From: Escherichia coli
GTDB lineage: Bacteria; Pseudomonadota; Gammaproteobacteria; Enterobacterales; Enterobacteriaceae
NCBI RefSeq assembly: GCF_024223415.1
Contig: NZ_CP100500.1
Length of the DNA stretch: 64,000 nucleotides
Reading direction: 5' to 3' (one strand)
In this document: in pieces, positions 22,449-29,478 of the stretch
Numbering within the stretch: the first letter of the stretch is position 1
How the letters are laid out: every line of letters starts with the position of its first letter
Translations under genes and position numbers: made by a program
Notes under the pieces: model-generated
What the model saw: only the letters and a program-made list of their open reading frames with translations
The model's database searches: none
Told to the model about the DNA's origin: nothing

Positions 22449-22695
22449 ACCGTTTCACGGGATCACGCATTCTGCGCCTTATTTTCCACAGATATTCGAT
22501 CATCGCTTCCACCTGCTCACGGTTGGTTGCGAAAATTTCCCCGGTCAGTGAGCTACGCAGAAAATCATGATGATCCACAAAAAATAACGCATCGGAAGAA
22601 AGCAGCCGGAGATATTTTTTTGCTGTCGTGCTTTCCAGATCATCAAAATCATGAAGCTTTTTATGTTGCTGGACTTCTTCAAATGTCACTGGCAT
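22447..22695 (-). CDS. Hypothetical protein (about 82 aa)
   Basis: Internal ATG (MPVTFEEVQQHKKLHDF...) downstream of the PerC-like gene. Confidence 0.45.
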   Translation of the reverse strand: MPVTFEEVQQHKKLHDFDDLESTTAKKYLRLLSSDALFFVDHHDFLRSSLTGEIFATNREQVEAMIEYLWKIRRRMRDPVKR

Positions 22696-22740
22696 GTTTC
22701 CTCCTGCTACCACGATACCAGAAACAGTTAACAACCGTTA

Positions 22741-23022
22741 TCAATTATCCCCTTTTTTAGGGTAGTTCCTGAACATCTCACCGCCAGGCTTCTGTAAGCC
22801 CATCCCGGTATGTGTGCGGTTTATGGCCTCTTTCAGTATTCCGAAATTATCCGGTATGACTGGTGGGCGTGCTGCCTTACGGATACATTCCGCGCGACGC
22901 TTTGCCACTTGTTCGCGCTCCTTGTCAGTGCTCACCAGCCACATAACATCAGCCCATCGCGCGGCCGCCCTCCGGTAAAATCCTTTCGCCTCCAGTTCCT
23001 CCGCTATCCGGTCATGTACCAT
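22741..23022 (-). CDS. PerC-family-like transcriptional regulator (tentative)
   Basis: About 93 aa from internal ATG: MVHDRIAEELEAKGFYRRAAARWADVMW...; the EAxGxxRRAAxxW motif resembles PerC-type activators. Confidence 0.4.
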   Translation of the reverse strand: MVHDRIAEELEAKGFYRRAAARWADVMWLVSTDKEREQVAKRRAECIRKAARPPVIPDNFGILKEAINRTHTGMGLQKPGGEMFRNYPKKGDN

Positions 23023-23032
23023 CGTCACCCCC

Positions 23033-23443
23033 TCAGAACGGAATATCATCACCGTAAGGGTCATCGCCTCCCGCTGGTGGCTGATTACCCTGTGTGCCTG
23101 TGGTTTTGCGTCTGTTCCCACCAGGACGTGCCGCACGCGCACTGATTACGCTGTCTGCGATAACCTGCCAGCCCTGCCGCGTTTCCCCGTTCTGTCCGGT
23201 CCACTGGCTGACCTGCATCGTGCCGGATACGCTGGCAACGTCGCCTTTTTGATGTTTAGCCAGAAAGTCGGCCTGTTTGCCAAATGCGATGACCGATAAC
23301 CATAACGTCGCCTGTCCGTCCTGTGCCTGGCCGCATGGTAAAGATACCGCCATACGCGCCAGCGTCATCGGTGTACCCTTACTGGTCTGTTTTACCTGCG
23401 GGTCGTCCACCAGCCGCCCGTAAGCTGCAATTTGTGCTGTCAT
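23033..23443 (-). CDS. ssb: Single-stranded DNA-binding protein
   Basis: 136 aa with OB-fold-like core and acidic C-terminal tail ending DDIPF. Confidence 0.85.
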   Translation of the reverse strand: MTAQIAAYGRLVDDPQVKQTSKGTPMTLARMAVSLPCGQAQDGQATLWLSVIAFGKQADFLAKHQKGDVASVSGTMQVSQWTGQNGETRQGWQVIADSVISARAARPGGNRRKTTGTQGNQPPAGGDDPYGDDIPF

Positions 23444-23452
23444 ATTGCCACC

Positions 23453-23758
23453 TCAGTGAAGCGATCCGGCGTTGTTCTTTTTCATCTCTTCCATCATTTT
23501 TTCAGTGAGCATTACGCACTGAAAACCCATGTTTTTGATGTCTACGGGTTTCATGCCTTTGTCAGTGGATATCACAGGCAGAATATCCTGATACACATCG
23601 CCGCCAGGGTAACTAAGCACACAAAGCGCCCATGATGCCACGGGTGAGGATCCTTGGTCTGTTTCAACCCACCAGCCTGGTGTAGCTGCGCTTATTTGCA
23701 GAATCGTGATCCGTCCGTTGTGCTTGTAAAATTTTTCACCACATTTTGGTTCGCTCAT
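23453..23758 (-). CDS. Hypothetical protein (101 aa)
   Basis: ORF in operon context between ssb and the ori region. Confidence 0.4.
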   Translation of the reverse strand: MSEPKCGEKFYKHNGRITILQISAATPGWWVETDQGSSPVASWALCVLSYPGGDVYQDILPVISTDKGMKPVDIKNMGFQCVMLTEKMMEEMKKNNAGSLH

Positions 23759-24006
23759 GCTTCCACCTCTCCGGTTTTAACGTTGATGGTTGTCACCTGT
23801 TCCGCTCCGGCAATCTCCCGTTCTGTCAGCGTGGCAAAATTTGCCGCTACCGTTGTCATGAATGCGCTTATCAGTTCGGGATGTGCTTTCGCGTATCCTT
23901 CTCCCGCGTGGCGGTCTATCGTTCTGATTGCCACCTTTAAGGCGTGCTCTGTCATGTCTAACGCTTTATATTTTGGCGCTGTCTTATCTCTGGTTTTTCT
24001 GTTCAT
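23755..24006 (-). CDS. Hypothetical protein (start uncertain)
   Basis: ORF 23755-24036 trimmed to an internal ATG because its 5' end runs into the iteron array. Confidence 0.3.
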   Translation of the reverse strand: MNRKTRDKTAPKYKALDMTEHALKVAIRTIDRHAGEGYAKAHPELISAFMTTVAANFATLTEREIAGAEQVTTINVKTGEVEA

Positions 24007-24225
24007 TCCCCACCACTCCCCACTTTTGCTCCCCACTTTTTAAATTCCCCACTTGCTCCCCACCTCGTTTTTTGAGTGAATCTAATGCTTTGTTTTTCAT
24101 TGCGTTTTTTGCTCCCCACTTTTTTGGATGTATACAGGTGGGAAAGTGGGGAATTATGTTTCAATTTTGTTAAATTCCCCACTCTCCCCACTTTTACTAC
24201 CCACTTTTTACAGTGGGTAAACATC
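24005..24225. repeat. Iteron array (at least 8 copies of tccccactttt-like units in both orientations around an AT-rich core); putative replication origin
   Basis: Repeats ctccccactttt, gctccccacttttt, attccccact and inverted gtgggaaagtgggg, immediately 3' of the primase/helicase gene. Confidence 0.6.
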
Positions 24226-25614
24226 ATCCCCATCGACACAAATCACGCCGTCTTTTTCCAGCTTGTACAGCCAGCGCCGGAAGTGCTTCATCTCATACCC
24301 CAGCTTTTTCATATCGTCGCGGAGAAGGGCGATAGTGCATGGCTCTTTGTGTGCCGTCCGCGTTCTGATGCACTGCCATAGCGCGGCGTGATTCTCCGAT
24401 TTGTTGCCTGCTTCCTCGATGCGCTCCAGTTCAGCAGGGGCGCGGGGAACGTCAATCACCACCATAGACACAATCTCTTCGCCATCTGTATCGGTGAACA
24501 CCTCCACGCTTTTAAGGTCGTATGCACTCTCTTTTGGCTCCTCTGCGTCCTTCATCTTCGTACACGCCGCCACCAGTGCTGTAACGTCTGAATTTTCCCG
24601 GCTGATTCGGTACTCTGCATCAAGCGCGGCACGGAATGCGCTGGAACCACGCGCCCCCTTTGTTTCATCCTTGCCGGAATGGTGAACCACCAGCACCGTG
24701 GCCCCTGTGGCCTGCTTTATCGCGTCACACCCCTGGATAAATGCGCCCATATCACGGGAATCATTTTCATCATTCCCACCAAAGCAACGGGCCAGTGTGT
24801 CGATCACAATCAGCCGCACATTTTCGCCCGTTCTGCTCTTAACAAGTCCGGCAGTCCTGATAACCTGCTCCACATAGTCAGGCGATGCAGGGAAAACAGG
24901 CGCGTTAATGATGCACAAATCTGTAACCACCTTGTCGTGGGTTATCTCCCACGCCTTAACGCGGCGTTTTACGCCCATGCTGCCTTCACCAGCGATATAG
25001 ATAACCGCCCCCTTACTTACCCTGCGGCCTCCCCATGCCATACCTGTGGCAACATGGCACGACCAGGAAATGGCGAGGAACGATTTATAAGAACCGCTGG
25101 CCCCGTAGGTGCTGCATAATGACTCAGCCGGAATAAGCCCCTTAATTACGTAGCTTTGCTGCGCGTCGAATCCCTCAGAACCCCATGAGATGGGAAGCGT
25201 GATTTTTCGCTTTCCGCCATTCATGACCAGGCTTTCCCCTCTCTCCCATGTTTCCCGTAGTCGTGGTAGCTGGTCGCTCCAGTCCTCCAGCAGTTCGAAA
25301 TTTTCAGAAAGTAGCCGCGCCTCCTGGACTCCGGCGATCGCCAGTTTTGTGGCAATGGTCAGCATCTGCATATCGTCCAGGTTTCCGGCGCGTATGACCT
25401 TTGCCCTGTATCGTCCTTCATCAACAATCTGTAAGTTGTCCAGTTCGCTTAACTGATAACGGCCCAGGTAAACCGGAGGGATGGGATCGCCTGCTTTTTT
25501 GGCCTGTGCAATCATGTAATGTTCTGCAAAGGAGTGAGCATTATCACCCGCAAAAATAACCGCCTCAGTGTGTTTATCTTTCGGTAACAGTTTTACGTTC
25601 GGTGCAAGTTTCAT
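24208..25614 (-). CDS. Replication protein: primase-like N-terminus plus RecA/DnaB-like AAA ATPase (pri-rep)
   Basis: 468 aa; Walker A-like IYIAGEGSMGVKRR and Walker B-like LIVIDTLARCFG, C-terminal winged-helix-like tail. Confidence 0.75.
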   Translation of the reverse strand: MKLAPNVKLLPKDKHTEAVIFAGDNAHSFAEHYMIAQAKKAGDPIPPVYLGRYQLSELDNLQIVDEGRYRAKVIRAGNLDDMQMLTIATKLAIAGVQEARLLSENFELLEDWSDQLPRLRETWERGESLVMNGGKRKITLPISWGSEGFDAQQSYVIKGLIPAESLCSTYGASGSYKSFLAISWSCHVATGMAWGGRRVSKGAVIYIAGEGSMGVKRRVKAWEITHDKVVTDLCIINAPVFPASPDYVEQVIRTAGLVKSRTGENVRLIVIDTLARCFGGNDENDSRDMGAFIQGCDAIKQATGATVLVVHHSGKDETKGARGSSAFRAALDAEYRISRENSDVTALVAACTKMKDAEEPKESAYDLKSVEVFTDTDGEEIVSMVVIDVPRAPAELERIEEAGNKSENHAALWQCIRTRTAHKEPCTIALLRDDMKKLGYEMKHFRRWLYKLEKDGVICVDGDDVYPL

Positions 25615-25898
25615 TTCTTACCCCCTGCGACCAGCATTTCACGGATTTTGCGGATATAACTTGCAGCACGTTTCTGATTAACGGCTTTACGATGGCCCAC
25701 CAGCGTGAAATCACGCCGGAACTGATAAACAGGCATAACGCAGTCATATTCGTAGCCTTCACGGCGGTAAGTTACGCGACGTTCCTCCACGCTTTTAATT
25801 GTTACCGTGCCGCCGTAGTTATCTTTGAAAATATCGCCGGGGCGGATTTCAGGCCGAGCGGGGCCGCTGGCAGTAAAGCCAGAATATTTAAGTTTCAT
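25611..25898 (-). CDS. Hypothetical protein (95 aa)
   Basis: Stop overlaps the pri-rep start; basic protein. Confidence 0.4.
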   Translation of the reverse strand: MKLKYSGFTASGPARPEIRPGDIFKDNYGGTVTIKSVEERRVTYRREGYEYDCVMPVYQFRRDFTLVGHRKAVNQKRAASYIRKIREMLVAGGKK

Positions 25899-25903
25899 TA
25901 TTT

Positions 25904-26137
25904 TTATTCTCCGGTGTGCTGTTCTTTATATCTGTCGTGCAATAGGTCTATTTCCTGCAACTCTGTTATTACAGGTTCAAGGAGAGTTATCAGAGATTTA
26001 ATAATCCGCGCATTCTTTACATCACGCTCATTATCGCCAAATGTATCTGGATACATTTGCAATATTTCGTACATACCTTCAGCGTAAGCAATGGCACTAA
26101 ATGCGCGGTCTATTGTTTCGAGGTAAATATCACGCAT
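25904..26137 (-). CDS. Hypothetical protein (77 aa)
   Basis: Compactly spaced ORF in the same operon. Confidence 0.4.
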   Translation of the reverse strand: MRDIYLETIDRAFSAIAYAEGMYEILQMYPDTFGDNERDVKNARIIKSLITLLEPVITELQEIDLLHDRYKEQHTGE

Positions 26138-26138
26138 A

Positions 26139-26387
26139 TTAATCCCCGTCCGTCGTTTTTCTTAAAATAACCTCTGTCACGAAATCAGCATAATCGGCGG
26201 CGATATTCAGTACATCAAGCCCCGTTGATTTATATTCTCTCGTGGAAAGTAAGAAAAAAGCCGCTCTAATAAGCTCTGGCATTGACGAAAGCGCATCAGC
26301 CGCATCATCAGGAACGCCGGAAAATTCCTGTTTCAGGGAATTAAAACGATCATCACGCATAACCCCCCCCATTTTCACAATCAGCAA
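26139..26387 (-). CDS. Hypothetical protein (82 aa)
   Basis: Compactly spaced ORF in the same operon. Confidence 0.35.
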   Translation of the reverse strand: MLIVKMGGVMRDDRFNSLKQEFSGVPDDAADALSSMPELIRAAFFLLSTREYKSTGLDVLNIAADYADFVTEVILRKTTDGD

Positions 26388-26634
26388 TCAGGATGGCTTT
26401 GGCCTCATTCAGTGCCATATCAGCGGTAAGCTGTGCGTAGGCCAGCAAATGCGGGATTATTGCCCCTGTATATTCCGTCTCTCTGGTAATGTGTTTTTCT
26501 GCGGTTGCTGCCGTGCATGAAATATCAATCAGCGCGTGCATCAGCGTTTTGATGGCTTCGGCGGCTGCGTCCGGACGGGTGTTATTGCACATGGCACACC
26601 TCCTGACGGATACGGGCGGCGAATACAGCGACAC
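26353..26634 (-). CDS. Hypothetical protein (start uncertain)
   Basis: ORF overlapping its neighbours; probable start at an internal ATG. Confidence 0.3.
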   Translation of the reverse strand: MSLYSPPVSVRRCAMCNNTRPDAAAEAIKTLMHALIDISCTAATAEKHITRETEYTGAIIPHLLAYAQLTADMALNEAKAILIADCENGGGYA

Positions 26635-26780
26635 AACCGGACGGGCAACGGTTACGCGCTTCGCGTTCCGTCCAGGCGGTCACGTGGATAATTTGAGATT
26701 CTCCGGCACTCAGTGCCAGAAAACGCCACACAAAGGCGGTTTGTGTGTGCGCTAGTCGTGGGGTATGCTGTGTTCCAGCC
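26582..26780 (-). CDS. Hypothetical small protein (about 66 aa), first gene of the leftward early operon
   Basis: C-terminal part of spurious 267-aa ORF, from ATG near 26780: MAGTQHTPRLAHTQTAFVWRF...; divergent from the RHH gene. Confidence 0.35.
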
Positions 26781-26867
26781 ATAATCGTTACTCCTGTTAA
26801 CGGTTTGGTTAGACGCCCTGCATGTGTTACAGCACTGCGGGGCGTTGTCTTTTTAACGGCTTTCGTG

Positions 26868-26917
26868 ATAGGGTGTACACCTATCAAGCAAAAAAATAAC
26901 GCTATAGGTGTACACAT
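26868..26917. promoter_or_regulatory. Two operator-like palindromes centred on GTGTACAC in the divergent regulatory region
   Basis: atagggtgtacacctat (26868-26884) and tataggtgtacacat (26903-26917); the second overlaps the RHH start codon. Confidence 0.45.
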
Positions 26918-27110
26918 GTCAACAGTTATTAAGCGAGATAAAAAACCAAAGGGAACAGGAAAAGCCCCCCCATTCCATATGCGAATAGCTCCAGAACTGA
27001 AAGAGCAGTTTGATAATGAGGCCAGCAATGATGGGGTAAGCCTAGCCAACTGGCTTAAAGAGTTGGGACGCAGTGAACTGAAGCGGCGCGGTATAGAACC
27101 CAAAGGTTGA
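26916..27110 (+). CDS. Ribbon-helix-helix (Arc/MetJ-like) DNA-binding protein; candidate island repressor
   Basis: About 64 aa from internal ATG: MSTVIKRDKKPKGTGKAPPFHMRIAPELKEQFDNEASNDGVSLANWLKELG; only regulator on the plus strand, divergent from the early operon. Confidence 0.5.
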   Translation: MSTVIKRDKKPKGTGKAPPFHMRIAPELKEQFDNEASNDGVSLANWLKELGRSELKRRGIEPKG

Positions 27111-27143
27111 TAGCCCACCAGCAAGCCAGGACACTGATCACAT

Positions 27144-27171
27144 TGGCCACCGTGACAGGTGGCCTTTTCTT
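27144..27171 (+). terminator. Intrinsic terminator after the RHH gene
   Basis: ggccacc-gtgaca-ggtggcc followed by ttttcttt. Confidence 0.5.
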
Positions 27172-27437
27172 TGCCCGTTATCCGGCAATTGTGGCGCTTC
27201 GCCACACGGTTGATATAATCCCACTGCTCATATTCATTTTTTGCGCAGCAGGTAAATTGTTCAGAAAGGCGGCTCCTTATCGGGGCCGCTTTTTTTATGC
27301 CTGAAAAACCGCGATTTTGTTGTTTTTCAGTTTCACAAGGCCGAACGAAGCCCCGCCCCTGTTCCGGCGTATATCCAGTCTTCATGGTTAAATCTCTGTA
27401 TTAGTGGATGGGTGGCGGCTGTGTGCCGCCAGTCTTT

Positions 27438-27626
27438 TTAGTGAACTGCCTCGCAGCTTTCCTTCCATGCCAGAACTTCGGATAAAGACCAGCCAACGGA
27501 ACGACCGCCCAGCTTACGCCGTGATGGGAATTGTCCGGCCTTTTCCAGGCGGTAGCGGCATGAGCGGCTAAGCCCTGTTAGCTTTTCGCATTCTTTTTCA
27601 CGTATAAAACGATCAGTGCTTAACAC
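27438..27626 (-). CDS. alpA: AlpA-family phage transcriptional regulator / excisionase-like
   Basis: 62 aa, LTGLSRSCRYRLEKAGQFPSRRKLGGRSVGWSLSEVLAW matches the AlpA/Xis HTH pattern; adjacent to int. Confidence 0.75.
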   Translation of the reverse strand: MLSTDRFIREKECEKLTGLSRSCRYRLEKAGQFPSRRKLGGRSVGWSLSEVLAWKESCEAVH

Positions 27627-27908
27627 TATTGCCCCCTTTCGTTTCTTAAAGAGTTATTTCGTGTTCTATTGCGTTGGTATGTGTCTGATTGTGTCAGGGT
27701 GATTCAGAGTTGGCAAATGTTGATGGCGGGTATTTTACAGAAACGGGGTGATTTTAATAAAAAACATTTTAATTCAGTATTATGCAAAGGCATAAAATCT
27801 CGTTTCATGCCTTTTTTCTCACTATTTAAAGCGTTATTCGCTAATGTATAAAAAACCAGTTGAGCATTAAAAATCAGCAACTTATAAATCTGTATATTTT
27901 TTGGCCTC

Positions 27909-27954
27909 TTGTTCGTGGTTGTTTCACGTTGTTGCGTATTGTTGCACGTTGTAT
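27909..27954 (-). promoter_or_regulatory. Five 10-bp-phased direct repeats (TTGTT on plus strand = AACAA on minus) between int and alpA
   Basis: TTGT motifs start at 27909, 27919, 27929, 27939, 27949. Confidence 0.5.
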
Positions 27955-28000
27955 CTGTGCACTTATCCAGTATGCGCATACTGAAAAAACACGAAAAAAA

Positions 28001-29248
28001 TTATTTTCTTCTGGCTACTGGTAGCGTGGTTACGTTTTCATGTGCTCCCGCCAGTATCTCCAACCGCTCCACCCACATATCCAGCGCATTGCGTTTCGCA
28101 TCCAGATAACGGGAATGATTATAAACTCGCTGCATTCCTGGCATCTGGTGGCCTGTAAGCTGCTCCACGACATGCGGATCAACGCCTAAATCGTTCAGCA
28201 TGGTTGTAAAGGTGCGCCGGATGTCATGCAGTGACCAGTGAGGGTGTTTAAGCCTCCTGTGCACTAATCTGCCGTACTGCGACACGCTGGTTTCCTGTTT
28301 CACTTCCCCCAGCAATAAGTCCGTGTGCCTGTTCTGCTCCACCAGCTGCGTGACGAACGGCAGTATCGCTTCCGGTATGGGCCGGAATATGGCTACCTTC
28401 GTTTTGCTGTGCTCCTTCGGAACGGTCCAGAGCATTTCGGTAAAATCCCACTCGCCGATCTCCGATAACCTCAGTTCTACTGTCCTGCATCCGAAGACAA
28501 TCAGGAGGCGGATTAGTGCGACGTAGTAAGGGGAAAATATTTTTTTGTCCAGTGCCTGCAATAATTCGCCAAGTTCTTTGTTACTTAAGACACGCTGACT
28601 TATATCCGGTTTTTTCCCAACGTCAGCCACACTCATATCATCAAGAACGTTGCTGATTGCATAGCGCCGCTTCCGGCAGAACTTAAGCGCCTGTTTGCAT
28701 GTCTGTAGCAGGAACCCGGCGGAAACAGGGGCTTGCTTTGCCACCCGATCAAAACAGGCCAGCCAGTGCCGTAGCTCGCATTTATCCAGCGGCATAGGGC
28801 CAATGTGCTGTATTACGTGATTATTTAGCCGCTTTTTCAGTGGGTCATAATCCACACGGTTTTCCTTTGCGTACGACTCAAGCCAGTAGGTGAGCGCATC
28901 GCCAACCGTTACAGGCTTTAACGCTTCCTGTACGGTGTAATTCATCTCATGACGTGGATTTTTCCCCTCAGCCAGCCATGCGCGACACTGGGCGGCTTTT
29001 TCCCTGGCTGATTTCAGGCTCAGATCAGGATAATTTCCCAGCTTAATGCGTTCCGGTGGTGCGCCCCTTCCCGTTCCGGCCCTGTAAGTGAAATACCAGG
29101 TTAAAAGGCCGCTGGTTGAATGCCTGACGGTCAGGTTTCCACCGTCATTAAGAAAGGCTGTTTTTTGGGCGGGTGTGCCGTTGATTTTCCTTAGCTGTGT
29201 ATCACTCAGTTTGTTAAGTGCTCTGCGCATAATTTTGATTCCGGTCAT
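28001..29248 (-). CDS. int: Tyrosine-type site-specific integrase (P4-like)
   Basis: About 415 aa; N-terminal arm-binding-like region, catalytic HDIRRTF...HQMPGMQRVYNHSRY; start codon (GTG 29251 or ATG 29248/29230) abuts the 26-bp repeat. Confidence 0.9.
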   Translation of the reverse strand: MTGIKIMRRALNKLSDTQLRKINGTPAQKTAFLNDGGNLTVRHSTSGLLTWYFTYRAGTGRGAPPERIKLGNYPDLSLKSAREKAAQCRAWLAEGKNPRHEMNYTVQEALKPVTVGDALTYWLESYAKENRVDYDPLKKRLNNHVIQHIGPMPLDKCELRHWLACFDRVAKQAPVSAGFLLQTCKQALKFCRKRRYAISNVLDDMSVADVGKKPDISQRVLSNKELGELLQALDKKIFSPYYVALIRLLIVFGCRTVELRLSEIGEWDFTEMLWTVPKEHSKTKVAIFRPIPEAILPFVTQLVEQNRHTDLLLGEVKQETSVSQYGRLVHRRLKHPHWSLHDIRRTFTTMLNDLGVDPHVVEQLTGHQMPGMQRVYNHSRYLDAKRNALDMWVERLEILAGAHENVTTLPVARRK

Positions 29249-29251
29249 CAC

Positions 29252-29277
29252 AATTAACTACACCATTAACTACACCG
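29252..29277. repeat. Inner 26-bp direct repeat, right copy
   Basis: Exact match to 14122-14147. Confidence 0.8.
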
Positions 29278-29283
29278 ATCGTT

Positions 29284-29319
29284 GCACAAAGGGCTACAAC
29301 GTGAAACAAGCTGGAACAA
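29284..29319 (+). promoter_or_regulatory. 10-bp-phased NNACAA repeats (GCACAA, CTACAA, AAACAA, GAACAA) upstream of int on the opposite strand
   Basis: Motifs start at 29284, 29294, 29304, 29314; homologous to the array at 14164-14189. Confidence 0.4.
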
Positions 29320-29399
29320 GAAAAATCACAAATTTGTTTATAATCAAAAACATAATGCACAATCTGAAACATTATGAAACGGCAAAAAACACTAATTGA

Positions 29400-29411
29400 T
29401 AAAATATGTCC
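29400..29411. repeat. Right copy of short direct repeat taaaatatgtcc; candidate attR core
   Basis: Matches the sequence at the phoQ stop codon (14039-14049). Confidence 0.5.
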
Positions 29412-29478
29412 ATACTTCACGCATTACGTTAAGCATCCGTTATAATCGGTTGCAGATACCAGCCTGTGGATGCTTAAC

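Larger units (their letters stand above)
14050..29411. mobile_element. Integrated phage satellite, capsid-forming PICI-like (int, alpA, pri-rep, ssb, HNH-terS-terL, portal, protease, capsid, head-tail connectors; no tail or lysis genes)
   Basis: Contiguous low-GC block between phoQ and roxA with integrase at one end, bounded by short direct repeats and carrying inner 26-bp repeats; gene content read from ORF translations. Confidence 0.75.

Noticed and set aside
24005-24225. Possible CRISPR array
   Set aside because: Repeat unit is only ~11 bp, spacing is irregular, copies occur in both orientations, and there are no cas genes; it is an iteron array.
23928-24381. Several short ORFs (23928-24173, 24003-24239, 24076-24381) over the iteron array
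   Set aside because: Low-complexity translations generated by the tccccactttt repeats; the region is better explained as a replication origin.
26582-27385. 267-aa minus-strand ORF spanning the island regulatory region
   Set aside because: Runs antisense through the RHH gene, two operators and two terminators; only its last ~66 codons (from the ATG near 26780) form a plausible gene.
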